DNA of 63,241 nucleotides, the filler included, from Perkinsus chesapeaki ATCC PRA-425 (taxonomy: Eukaryota > Protista > Perkinsozoa), in NCBI GenBank assembly GCA_013115145.1. It is 6 parts of 6 records of this genome, joined end to end, with 100 filler letters (N's around TTAATTAATTAA, not from the genome) between each part and the next. Parts side by side here need not be neighbours in the genome. Positions count along the whole stretch, not along the records: positions 1 to 21,554 come from JAAPAO010000593.1; positions 21,655 to 37,809 come from JAAPAO010000710.1; 4 more parts are not named here. One strand, 5' to 3'. Shown piece after piece: positions 13,901 through 26,091 of this stretch. A model generated the notes under the pieces. The model ran no database searches and had not been told where the DNA came from. It was given only the letters and a program-made list of their open reading frames with translations. The position numbers were made by a program, and so were the translations under genes. Position 1 is the stretch's first letter, and each line of letters begins with the position of its first letter.

Positions 13901-16900
13901 GTAGAGCATGATCTCTGCGATGAGAGCGTAGTCGGGAACCATCATCGCCATTGGACGGAACAGCGCCTGAGGAGGAAGAGTGAATGATAGTCCATAAATC
14001 CACAAGTAAAAGCGTAGAAAGCACAGAGGCGAGACGGAGTCGAATTGATTTAAGGACCAGCCTGGTCCGACCAGACACTTGGGCTATCTCTACGTGGAGT
14101 TTGCACGTAACGAAGGTCTCAAGAGGAATAGGGCGCTCTTTAAGAACGTATCAATACGCCGTATCGCCCATGGCGATTCGCCGATACCCGGGGCAAGATA
14201 ACATGATCTCAGCGATACAAGAACTACAAATAAGCAACCCACGTAAGCCCTCTCACCGCAAGATTGTCCGGTAGCTCAGTTCTGCCAGCATAACCAGGGT
14301 TCATGGTAATAAAGACGTTGAAGGTCGGCTTCATAACAATCATGGAGCCCTCGAACTCCAACTCCTTGGTTTCTGAAATGCAACACCTTTTGTGAAGACA
14401 TCCTTCCGATGTTGAATGATACTCAGAATTGACTACGTGTTACACATCATCAGTTATACGTGGGAATTTGCTGACCGAGTTGCCGCAGAAAAATCAAACT
14501 TCGGAGCTGAGAGATGCAATTATCCACCGGAATTTTACGAAGCTTCCTTTCCTCCAAAGTAGGCGAACGCATGTATGTAGGTCGGCAACTTCCTTGTGGT
14601 AGAGAGAAGCCAAAAGACTTACGTGAGTAGCTGGTTAGGGAGGCTTTAGCGCCAAACAGGACAAGCAGCTGTTGAGCAATGACAGACAACACTTCAATGT
14701 AAATACGATTGAACTCATCAAAGCAGCACCTGACGAACGAGATATGTAAGGCAATCGACCATCAGGGGGACTAGCTCAAATGGTAGAGCGCTCGCTTAGC
14801 AAGCGAGAGGCACCGGGATCGATGCCCGGGTTCTCCACTTTTCTAACATTTTAATGAAATAGCCAATAAACCTATATTCATCTAGTCAAAACCTTCAAAT
14901 ATTAATACGGTAATATATATGCTATTACAATATGTATATTATAGCAGTTCAGAATGCACCACAGAGTCGGACCATCACTTACCATGCCCCCGAGTAAGCC
15001 AATCCCTTGAAGAACTTCCCCACCATTAAATAGTCCATCTCCGGTGAGCAGTTAAACACCACACATTGCTTCGCCAATGCCTTCGCCAAATCCTTAGTAG
15101 TCTCGGTTTTACCCGTACCAGCCGGCCCCGCCGGTGCTCCACCCAAATTCAAACTTTGTGCCCCCATCAGAGTCATGTAACACATATCCGTCAGAGGTGT
15201 TATAACCAATCGCATCGTGTTTCCCAAATACTCGTATCCATACGGGAACTCCGTCCGCACGCACTTAACCCACATATTCTCCCTCCCGGTATCGTCCTCT
15301 TCCCAGTAGTATCGAAGCTGGGAGATCCACTCGAACGCGCTGCAGTCTGAGACTCCCTCAGCCGCCAACTTCTGGACAACGTCTTTCGCGTGGACGTCAA
15401 TAACAATGAGCGCTCCAATAGCGGTTCTCTGAGCCCTCGACAGCCCCCGCCGAATCAGCGCCACCAAATCCAGAAGTTGCTGTTGGCACTGCGAATGATA
15501 CTCCTCCACCTTCCCATCCAGTATCGCATCTTCAACCTCGGCAGTCCAGTGCACTTGTGATCCGTTCAGCACTGCTTGCGCTGCATGGTCCAACACCCAC
15601 TCACTTCGAGGCCTCTCCCCGTAGCTGACTACCGCCCTAAACATCACCTCTCTCACCGCCTCCCTCATTTCCTTCTCCACAGACGACATCCACGACTCCA
15701 CATTAACTCCCCTCGTCGCCACCGGTGTAACAAAATCGATAATTTCACCCTCTGCTGAGTGCATTTGCATAATCTCGTTATCTCCCTCAAATGTGAGCTT
15801 ATTCATCGCTTCGAACACCTTATTGAGGAACGGCTGCACCCTAGTAGGATCTTTCGTCTGCGAAAGAATCTCCAAGAGCTCCTCATTCGCCAGGAAATAA
15901 AATCGAGCAAACAGCGCTCGCTTCGACTCCAGATAGTCCTCCAGTCCCTTCTGCACCGTATCCAGAATCACATTGGCTTCTCGAAACTTTTCCAACAGCC
16001 CTTCCGTAGCGCAAATTTCGACCACCTTGGGATTCTGGTGTGCATCCGCCATAGTTTTCCTCCATTTCTGATCTACATTCCTGAATCTCTTGCTCTCACT
16101 CGGCAACTGCTTCACTATATCCTCCGAGTCGAAGATCGGTTGAAGGTACATCCAGGCTCGCTGCAGTTTGAGCCACTCATCCAACGTCTCCGAAACCCTC
16201 ATCAACCTCTCCGCCCAGTTGTCGATGTCCTCTTCAAACACCTTCTTATATAGCGAAAATTGCATCGCCTGCACCGTCACTATGTGCTCATCCAGCATAT
16301 TCAAAGCTTCGTCACTACCCTTAAGAATATACGTTCCGGTATTCCTGTACTCCTCCTTGACGTCAAAGTACACCCCCTCCCACTCCCCCTTCATAGCTGC
16401 CAATTGCTTCTCCAAAGCCCACTCCTTCCCAGCTCTATCCCCCACCTCAGCGATCTCCTCCGAGAACTTATCAATGCCCATCTCCAGCAGTCTTTCCAGC
16501 GTAAATGGCTCCATCTGCGGCCCGACTTTACACCCAATCTTGCCCGATATCATTTCCCAATGTCGATCCCTCATCCCACCGTTCCTCAGCCCCACCACTA
16601 CCGGCACATACGGCTTGAAGTCCTCCAGTTCTTTCTTCACCTGCTCTGCTATGCTACATATCGATTGCAGTTGAGGGTCCTCCTTCAGCTTTCTGATAGT
16701 CTTAAACATAAGCTTAATTCCACCGTTAACTTCACTCTCGCAGTGCCTGAATTCCGGTATAGTATAAATACGCGAGTCTCTAACAACCAGCGAGCAGAAG
16801 CACCCACAATCATGTGTTCCTCAAGCTCCAAAAAGTGTCCACAGCGCGGAAGTATAATGAAAAAGTAGCTTTTCAAGGAGAGCATTGAAAATAAAGTTCT

Positions 16901-19900
16901 ACATTAAATTTCGGAGAACATTAATAGGTATAATATTATATTCGGGTGCCCAATCTAGAGAGCTCGAAATTGATCAGTGCGATGATATATAATATACACC
17001 TATACTGCCTACTGTCTGGCAGACAGCGACTTCCGAAGGAGTGTTGCCCAAGATGAAAATGCAATACACTAATAATATTATATATGACTGGTGTAATATT
17101 ATAAATTAATATAGTAAAATACCAATAATAACGTACACACCGCAAAGTTCAATATTCTTCCGCTCCCGCTGCACCTCTACTACCTCGCATCGATATCCCC
17201 AAACGGTCCCTTCCGCCAAGTAGTTTTATTAACATTCCAATTAAATGCAGTTTTCCAAAGATTCACATAAGGCTCAAAGTCCCTAATCAAAAACGTATCT
17301 TTTCGCACTATAAAGATTTTCCTACCTGCATATCTTTCCCAGCCTCGAGTAGTCCGTCGTATCCCTATTAAAGAGCGTCTCTCTGCTATTAAAGAGCTTT
17401 CCCTGCCCAACCGCGGCATCTAGCCGTCCTCTCAGGTCCTCCAGCAAACCGTGAACCCTCTCCACATCAGCCAGCTTGTCATGGTCCGAAAATGACGCCA
17501 CTTCCCCCTCGAGACTGTCGATGAGGCCCTCAAACGAGTCCTGGCTATCTACCTGCTCCCCCAAGAATCTCTCCCGATCCACATCCAATTTGCGAGATAA
17601 ATTCGTGGCGCGTGACGTTATTTCCAAAGGTTGTCCATATATAATCCAGCGCTCGCGGAAAGTATCTTTGCTCAGCCGAAAAACTGTCCCAAAATTTCCC
17701 AGCGCGTCGTACATCTCAATGCACTCCTGGATCTCGCTCTGAACCTTCCCGACCTCGCCCGGCAGATGATTTAGAAATTCCGTCATCTCCGAAACTGCCT
17801 CGATATCTCCGATTTCTCGCGAAAGTTTCTCGAACATCGTCTCGAATTTCGGTCTGATTTCGCCCGTCATTCTCCCCCTCAAGCGATCGCCTTCGATTTC
17901 CAACACTCCCACAGCGATGCCGAGAAGCTTCTCCGACAGCTGCTGCCGTATATCACCAAAACTGATCCGGAACATGCCGATCTGAACCGGCCCATCTGGC
18001 ACTCGTTCCAGCACTTCCTCGCGACGCTTCAATTTCGCGGTGACCAGTTTTTTCACGTCCGTCGGCGACATCTGCTCTTCCCCGTTTTTGTATTCCTCCA
18101 AAACTTGCTCGACATTCACCCGCAGCAAATCCTCAAATTCCTGCATCGACCTAAGATACTCTTCCAGCCAGTCCCCGTGAACCCGCACCCTTTCCGCCGC
18201 TCGCTTCCTGCATCTCTCAGCCCACTCGTCCGTGTTCCTAAACCCCTTATATAGCCCTCCATCCCGCTTAAAATTCGGGAACAGCAACTTCTCGAGACTC
18301 GACAATCTTCCCACAGCGTTCAGAGCATCATCGAAAACCATCTCAACGGCCTCCGCAAATTCATCCGGCATCTTCGTGTACGCAAAACACGGCACCCGCT
18401 CAACCTCAGTTCTCTTCTCGTCCCCGCCATCCTCCCCAGCCACCGTCACCTCCTTCACCACTTCCCTCTCCGACGCGACTATTTCCGTCACAAAAAGGGG
18501 ACAGTTCTCGCCATTCTCATGGACCGTCTCCTCCACACGGTAGCCCTCCGGCGTGCGAACCTCGAAGAAATTCGCGAATTTGTCCGTGGCATCGACGTAA
18601 ATCCCTTTTATAGTCTCCGACATGATGAACTGTACCAACATCAACACCCTCCTCAACGGCGAGTCCAAATATCTCAGAAAATTAGTCTCGTTAAAATTGT
18701 ATTTTCCCGTGGCGCTCTTGGCCATAAGCTCCTTTACCACCGCTACCCTCATGGCCGGTATCCACAGGTCCCTAACATATGCCATCTGCGCAATGTGGAG
18801 CTCATGAATGGATTTGAATTGATTCAGTGAAAGGCCCTTCAAGACCGCACCGTCCACCAAAAGCGGCGATCGCGCCTTCACCAAGTCCAGGCATTCTAAT
18901 ACACTCGCTTTAATGGCTGCAACAACCTAAACCAGAAATAATTTCGTGGCGCGCGAGAATCTTAGAGCTCTATCTCACCTCTGGACGACTTCTCAACGTG
19001 ACACTCGCAAAAGATACTACTTGATGGCCAACACTCCTATATTTCCTCCAGGGCACCTCTGCCGCGTAGCCTACCCACGGAATCCCCCTTCGCTTGATCG
19101 GCGGCCAACTGATCTCTCTCAGCAAGCTCGCTGTAGCCGCGTTTGTCTTGACACTATGAACGAGCATTATTCGGTTCATCTCCAAGGTGTAGTTCCTTTG
19201 GACCTCGACAACGGCTGCGTCGATGCCGTCATCGAAGTTGTAGGCCTCCTCATCAATGCCAGACGCGAGAGCTAGCGTAATGATCCTCCTCATCCATGAA
19301 GGATCGTGATTTATCTGAACGAGGTTGATGCGAGGCTTTCACACTTATAAAGATACGCCCATGAGACCGGTATTATAATATCTGTGGAAACGGTTGAAAC
19401 TCTTCCTCTTTGTCGTAGCTCAGTGAGTCAGTTCATGTGAGCAATCTCAACTGCTACACATCTACGTTAGTCTGACATTGTTAGATACGCCACCGGCCCT
19501 CTCGCTCCCCACAGATCGAACCTCTCCGCTTACAGATGTCCCAACTGCTGGCACATTCTCGATACATAGTTGCAACTTCATCTTCGATTCCGCGTATCTA
19601 TCACAACACCACCATCAACACCGACAAGCCACGCTCCTTCACCTCCGCCTCAGAACAGCTGCCTTCAATCGATCCGCGAACAGTGAGACGTTCTCCCCCT
19701 CAATGCAGAGGAACTGACTGGACACTTGCGTCCTTGCAGAGAGGCTATCAGCCCAGGAGATCTCAGCCTTTCCGGTGGCTCCATCGAACCTGAGAATGAG
19801 GTCCGTCATCCACGAACATATCAGAAATTAGAATACGGATTCGCGATGTCCTTAAAAACTTGGAAGCCATACTGCTATCCGGGAGTGTCGGGAAATATAT

Positions 19901-21276
19901 CAAACTTCGCCGCTGCGATGGCCAAGCTTTACTGAGTAAAGCTAGTGTATCTTTGAATTCCTGTGCGTGCATCGTTATGTCGCGCTAAATGCTACGAGCT
20001 GCCTTTCACATGAGAACGCGTAACTTCACCAGTTGATGCCATACACTTCTGCATCAGATGCGGCCTCTGAAAATCTTACGAAGTTCTATTTTTATCTATC
20101 CTAAATCCTCATGTCGAATATCTTATTTCGAGGCCGGGAAAATTCTTTCGATCACTTTATATTCCTCGACCAAGAGCGCCAAACGTCGAATCGGTAAATC
20201 TGACTGATTCCTCATATCACCTGTGGGCCCGACACTCCCGCCACAACCCAGCTTTCTCCGTCCCGTCCCTGAACAGGCATCTCCCCGGTAAAGGCCTATC
20301 TCCCATAGCGTGGATGAAAGCCTGAGGACGCGTATCTTTACGCACTGCAAAGATTTTGCTTGGTCCACTCACATTCCACTCGTCAGCGGTGCGCATCCTG
20401 TAGGATATGTCGTCAAAAACTTCCAACGGCAGGCGAGATCTCTCCTCGAAGCTCGCGTCCACATGCCAGCGTAAACCTCTATTGACCATGCATGCCTGAT
20501 ACGTAGAAAATCACGCGCGCCACGAAAATATAAAAAATAGAAAAAGCAATATCTAGACGCGGCCATACATTCGGGTTCAACGCAAACGAAGCCATTCTCA
20601 GATAGATTCTCATCGACTTTGCCAAAGATATTTTGGAGGTCGGAATGCGGTCAGTATGCGAAAGCCTCTTCGAATACTGCTTGCTATCGTACCTCTTGTT
20701 GTTCGTTTCAAAAGGACAATTTCAACTATTGTTGCTTTAAGTTTGTTTATTATCTTTTTCGACCTTCTCAGCAGCCTAGCGCCCCCCAAGCCCCCGACTC
20801 AGCGCTGCTCATCCCGAATCTAAAACAGATACTCCACCGTCTACCTCCAGAGTGTCATCCCCTCTTCGCCGAGCTCCTGGCCGCCACCCTTTGGTCTTCT
20901 GCTTCTCCCTGGAATTTTCCTCGCACAGCAATTCCGGCCTCATTACGACATTCGTATAGTTTTTAGGCCTCACAAATACACCTGTGAAGTTCGTTTAATA
21001 TTTTTCTGGCTACTCGGAAGCTCACCTGACTCTCTCCCAGATGATAGAGACTCCACCAGCCAACACGGACCGAAATTCTGCGTGAAGGCCTAAGATGCAT
21101 GCATCAACCTGAAGATACGCGGTCCATCCTACCTTGAGATCAACTAAAGATGTCCCACGTCGAAGATAACGGTTGCTCTCCCGAACCGATGTAGTTCTAG
21201 ATCTCTTCAAGGAGGGTTTAGCGCCTTTTAATGGCGGCAATCGAGAGGGTGACTTTTCGGAATTGTGACGCTTCAT
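1983..21276 (-). CDS. Axonemal dynein heavy chain, DNAH1-like inner-arm type (multi-exon; 5' start approximate)
   Basis: Exons run in the correct order: N-terminal [14 protein letters not shown] (DNAH1-like), linker (16748-14983), AAA1 [13 protein letters not shown]2 [11 protein letters not shown]3 [11 protein letters not shown]4 GVGGSGRQS, stalk, AAA5 [11 protein letters not shown]6 [16 protein letters not shown]-terminal [17 protein letters not shown]. The junctions I checked splice in frame. Confidence 0.93.
7151..7212. repeat. 10-bp degenerate tandem repeat (TTAAAGGACA)x~6 in a dynein intron
   Basis: ttaaaggaca tcaaaggaca ttgaaggacg ctaaaggaca ttaaaggaca ttgagagaca. Confidence 0.85.
12761..12832 (+). 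pseudogene. Decayed tRNA-Thr(AGT)-like relic, antisense, filling dynein intron 12752-12826
   Basis: GGCATGC TA GCCT AACGGTA GAGC A TGCGA CTAGTAT TCCAA AGGTC GCGCG CTCGATC CTCTC ACTTGCT A has exact 72-nt cloverleaf spacing but broken stems. Confidence 0.65.
14765..14837 (+). tRNA. tRNA-Ala(AGC), nested antisense in a dynein intron
   Basis: Full cloverleaf: GGGGGAC/GTTCTCC acceptor, GCTC/GAGC D-stem, CTCGC-TTAGCAA-GCGAG anticodon arm, CCGGG-ATCGATG-CCCGG T-arm (the typical eukaryotic Ala T-loop), followed by a T-tract. Confidence 0.95.
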
Positions 21277-21554
21277 TTAACAATAGTCAACTGGATGACT
21301 GCCACTTTTATTGTGGAGGGGAAAGCTGAGGATTCAACGCTCAGTAGTGACCGATTTCTGACCAGTACAGCGCGTTGAGCCCGTTGCCGTTGAAAAGGTC
21401 TACTTCAAGACCCCAAAAACCCGCCCGACTCGGGAAAGCGAGTCCTTTTTTTGGCACCCGACGTTTAAATGTACGCATGGTCAGAAGAAATATTGTACAA
21501 CATGAAAATTTCAGTTTTTGAATTTTCATTATTAAAGTATCATTACGATACTAA

Positions 21555-21654
21555 NNNNNNNNNNNNNNNNNNNNNNNNNNNNNNNNNNNNNNNNNNNNTT
21601 AATTAATTAANNNNNNNNNNNNNNNNNNNNNNNNNNNNNNNNNNNNNNNNNNNN
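21555..21654. other. Assembly gap with artificial six-frame-stop linker
   Basis: N44-TTAATTAATTAA-N44. Confidence 0.97.
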
Positions 21655-22232
21655 ACAAGGAGGCGAAACAGTCTACTCAACAACAGAAGGCTCAGTGAAT
21701 TCACTTGTTGGTGATACTCTAACAACACATTCGTAAATACACTTATCTAGTCTACTATGAATTTAATTCTCAAATTGTTCGATGAACAAATATAATGAAT
21801 GTTGTGTTGTTTAGTTCAATGCGAGAGAATATCATTCATAGAATTCTTGCTAGTTGTACTCCCTGCGAGAATGCAGTGTTCATGTTTATTGCTTCCCCGT
21901 CTTTGTATTAATCAAGATGTGTTTTTTCTCATCAAGGTTTGGAATCTGTTTCGAATTTCGTCTCCGAGCGCAATACTGACCCGAATTTATCAGCAACTAG
22001 CGGTTATCAACTACTGCAGATCTGATCCACACTGTACGAGGCCTCTGCACCTCCCAGAGAGTGCACTTAATACTGTAACAACACAACAGCTCCTCCAGGT
22101 GATTAGCATACATTCAAAACGCCGCCCCTCTCGGGTAGTGTTGACTTGAAAAATAGTGCCAAGTAGCAATATAGGAGAGCATTGGAGTCTGTATGTATAC
22201 ATGAAAGAATAACTTCATTAAAGAACGAGCTT

Positions 22233-23582
22233 CTACAACATCATTTCGGCAACCGTTATGAACTTGTGGGAAACGGCCTCCTCAGTGACGTTGACCAGTC
22301 GGAAGCCACATCTGAGATAAAGCTCCGCCCACAACAACATTGCCAATCTCACCTGGTGTCATCCATCACAAACTCGCCCATGCCGCTCAGTTCCAAAGGA
22401 TCCCCATCCAGTGCAGATGTTGAGTTTATTTGGCATCCTATAGCAGTAGTGGTAACGACTTCGAGACGATGCCCGCTAATTGGATCGGTGTACCTGACTC
22501 TCTATGCAACACCAACAGTGGAGGGAGCGGTACCATCCACCAGCGTTTCGATGATAGTGGCCAGCGAATACGGCCTTCACCCCTGCCCGTGAGGCTAAGG
22601 ATAGGAGCCTTCGTCTGGCTACCAGAGGCATATTAAAGTACCCGTCGTGCTCCTCTGGATCATTTATAAACGGTGACACATGCGTCAGAAGTATCTGCCA
22701 ATTTCAGCACACCAAAAGCGACTGTTTTGTATCTTCAACTTACGATATGAGTGTATTTGTCTTTGGATTCTGCTCCAAGTATTTCCTCCAGCCAAGCCCA
22801 CTGCTTCTGGTCCAACTCCGACACATCATCTGGGCCATCAGAGTGACTCTCCCTATCGAGGCCCCACGGAATAATAGAATTGGTGACAACAAACAGGACA
22901 CCACCAACTGCACAACATAAGAAATACCGCGCACTATAAATACCCAGACGCTCTGACCTGTGAAGGTGTAATAATCATCGCCAAAATCCCTCGAGTAGAG
23001 GTCCACTGTTCGACTGTTGGGTCTGTTACCAACGTCATGGTTACCGCAGAGGCATAGCAATGGGATATCCTCATCTATTTGGCTCATTAATGCCTTGTAC
23101 GACTTTACCTGTGCGACATTTTCCAATTGAAAGGTAACAGGCATCCATACTTGCTCTTCCCGAACAACAGTTTGATGAGGCCAGGCGTTTATCAAGTCGC
23201 CACAAACGACGACGAACTTTGGCTTTAACTTGTTGACGTAGGAAATAGACCGGGACGCCATGGCCACCTGTATGGTCACTTGAAACCTCCGCCGCCGAAG
23301 CTAGCCTAAGCTACTGTCGGTACTTCCTCTTGCCATTCCTCATCGTGCTTGAACATGCCTAATTGGGTGTCGGCCATCTGTACGAACGAGAAGGCCCCCT
23401 TCCATTTGCTGGTGGAGCCTTCCGAGGCGGAATGAACTCTGTCTTTCACTACCCGAAATCTCTCGGTCATTTGTGCAGGACAGAAGTTCAGTAACTAGCG
23501 CACATATTTCCACTACTAGCAACCAAAACAACCACAGCATTGGTGGCAGAAACACAAGCCATAAACCGAAGCGGCATGTCAC
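22233..23582 (-). CDS. CPPED1: Calcineurin-like metallophosphoesterase, CPPED1-like (multi-exon; start approximate)
   Basis: Motifs WKGAFSFVQMADTQLG, VVCGDL, LCGNHD and VFAGHYH on successive exons. Confidence 0.85.
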
Positions 23583-24214
23583 ATCTGATAGATCTTAGGC
23601 AGCAACCAATAGTTCCACATGGCCTTTCGAGCCCCTCCTTCAGCCGTGCTTATCTGAGCCTCTCGGCTGCTCTTCCAAGAACCACCGTTACGAAGTGGAC
23701 GCCGTATTGTTACAGGACGCAGGCCAGACTCGGTGTATCTATAAAGAGTTGGAAGTTGCGAAGTTCGATTGCTTCTGCCAAACCTATAGTATCACGAAAA
23801 AACTAAATTACTAAAAGATGCCTGCTGTCTTACACGTGTTCAGATATAGTACACCACACTCACACACTACCTCACTTATATTCTACTATGCCGACCAGGT
23901 ATGAGTAATGTAATCTATATTTCAGTTCCTACCAACAATTTAAGTTGTATTGAACCCTAGCTGCTTACGGATCATCAGCTCGAACATAGCGTCTCCGTCG
24001 CATGTACATTAGCGGCCTCTTATTCAGCTTAGTTTCCTGTTGTCCACCTGATGATGATGACCATCACCATCATCAACAACTCTACCACCATATTGGTGAG
24101 CGTATCCACCAACCTCTGCTGCCAATAAATGTTCTGACTGCCTTGTGGAGGACATGCTTATTATCTACATCCTTCGCACCAACACCATACCTGAACATAC
24201 AGGGGCAATAAAAA

Positions 24215-25919
24215 ATTAATAATTCCCAAGTAGATCCAACACGTCAAATGAAGCGGCCTCCACCAGCTACGCCAAAGCGCCTTATAATAGAACTGAAATG
24301 AGATGCACTAGTTCCTAGGCTACAAACTGTATATCATATTAACCCCGTGTACTAGTTTCATGTCCCATAGCAAGAACAGCAGCTTACTCTTGGCAATAGT
24401 CCACTATCAGTGCCAGCTCTCTCGCAGTAGGCCTTCTAGAAGTCCTCGATGTGGGGCGATATACTGCCACTCTCGCCCAGGCAGCCATGGCACCCATAAA
24501 GCGTCTGATCCATTAAAGCTGGTTAGATAGGCACGTGCGCCCCCTCCTACTTGTCCAGTTTCTTATGCAACCTCAAGAACTGCATAAAAGCAATCGGGTC
24601 GGATATCTCATCAACATGAAGTTCATTATAAAACTGACAAGCTTGCGAGTTCATCAATCAAGGGCATGAAACCACACCTGATTCGTCCGAGTGGAGAGTT
24701 CCTCCCAGATAAGCCGCTCGTAGGGCTTCCACGAGTATTGCAAAGATGGTAGATACCTATACTTGGTGCATGCTTCAAGCTAAGATACGGCGCATAGCTA
24801 CTTCACAGTGTCCCAGACCTCCTCGACGGGCATCATTTCAGAACTAATTTTCATTCGGTCATCCAATGCTTTATAAAATGCAGAGTTGCTGTACCCCAAC
24901 GCAGCCATCGCCCCAGCAATCTCACATCCATGGAGGAACCTACTCCACACTAGCCCAAAGGGCACAGGTTCAATTCCCACACCTGACATTTCGCAGCTGA
25001 CTATATTGAATAACAACAGCAATCTTGTCAAGCATTGCCGGGGACGACAGTCCTATCCGAGCCATAGTTATCAACAACCCACTGAGCTCGTCCGGGTACC
25101 TGCCAGATCCTGCCTCTACCTTGTTGGCGGCAGGGGAAGCAGTACATTGCAGTGGTTTGTTTAACCAACTGATGTATAACATCCATGTAGAGAGCCTTTG
25201 GCCGAATGTTAAGCGTCTCAAAGAGACATAAGGTATCAATTAGACTACGTGGGCTCATTTGCTAAGACAAGACCAACTCCATTAGGGAGCCAGGCATTAT
25301 GGCATTACCGAGGTCCCGAGGGCATGAAGGTGATCTGCTACATTCAGGAATAGCAGGTCGAACCTATAACACCGGCCATAGCTGCTGCCGGTCCCAAATA
25401 CTACCTCTGGTCGTCTGGGGATGTCTTAAGCCGAGCAATGCTCTGTGCTATGGCCAGGGCGTCCCATAACCTCAGCTCCCCACGTTCCATGGTCTTTAGT
25501 CTGCCCACTATACCGGTTATATTATCATCTCTATCATCACCCGATTCGGCAAGATATCTGATAGAGATGCCACACTACCCAATCGATCTGTGATCCATCG
25601 TCCCCGTTTGATTGGTCATCTCCCAAACAAACACGCCATTTTGCGTGCTAAAGCCAATCTTGCAAGGGTCACAATAGTTTTATCAAACAGCCCTGTCTCT
25701 GCTCCCATACAAGGTCCCATCACTACTCAGCAAATCTTCGCAATGATCCTGACTTTGCCGTAGGTAACTGAGCGCCAGTCAAAATAGTCCAACTTGTACC
25801 GGGCCTACCGCAGCCAATTCAGCGGAGAGGCCAGGGCTGAGGGTCGGTCCACTAGGGTTGTGAGAGCTCCTAACACTACGTGCTACTCGACCGATCACAG
25901 AGCCTCTGGACGATACCAT
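24215..25919 (-). CDS. Hypothetical multi-exon protein, possibly an organellar helical-repeat (RAP/HPR-like) protein
   Basis: ATG at 25919 followed by an R/S-rich presequence-like N-terminus (MVSSRGSVIGRVARSVRS); helical Leu/Ala-rich exons such as EIAGAMAALGYSNSAFYKAL. Family and 3' end uncertain. Confidence 0.35.
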
Positions 25920-26091
25920 TAAGAAGACCAATAGAGCCTCAAGCGTAACAAGTGCGTAAATAATTTCGTGGCGCGTGACGCTGTCTTATCGCTCATCGTG
26001 TACTCCTAACAGTAAGTCACAGGCTTGACTTACGCTGTTCACATCTGCGCCACAACTCATTTACACGTCCGAATAGGATACTTATTGAATA

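Noticed and set aside
14410-14460. C-box/D-box pair (TGATGA...CTGA, minus strand) in a dynein intron as a snoRNA
   Set aside because: The boxes are only ~25 nt apart with no terminal stem or second box pair.
14054-17026. 7-bp odd palindromes at 14054-14068 and 17012-17026
   Set aside because: Several are expected by chance in 63 kb.
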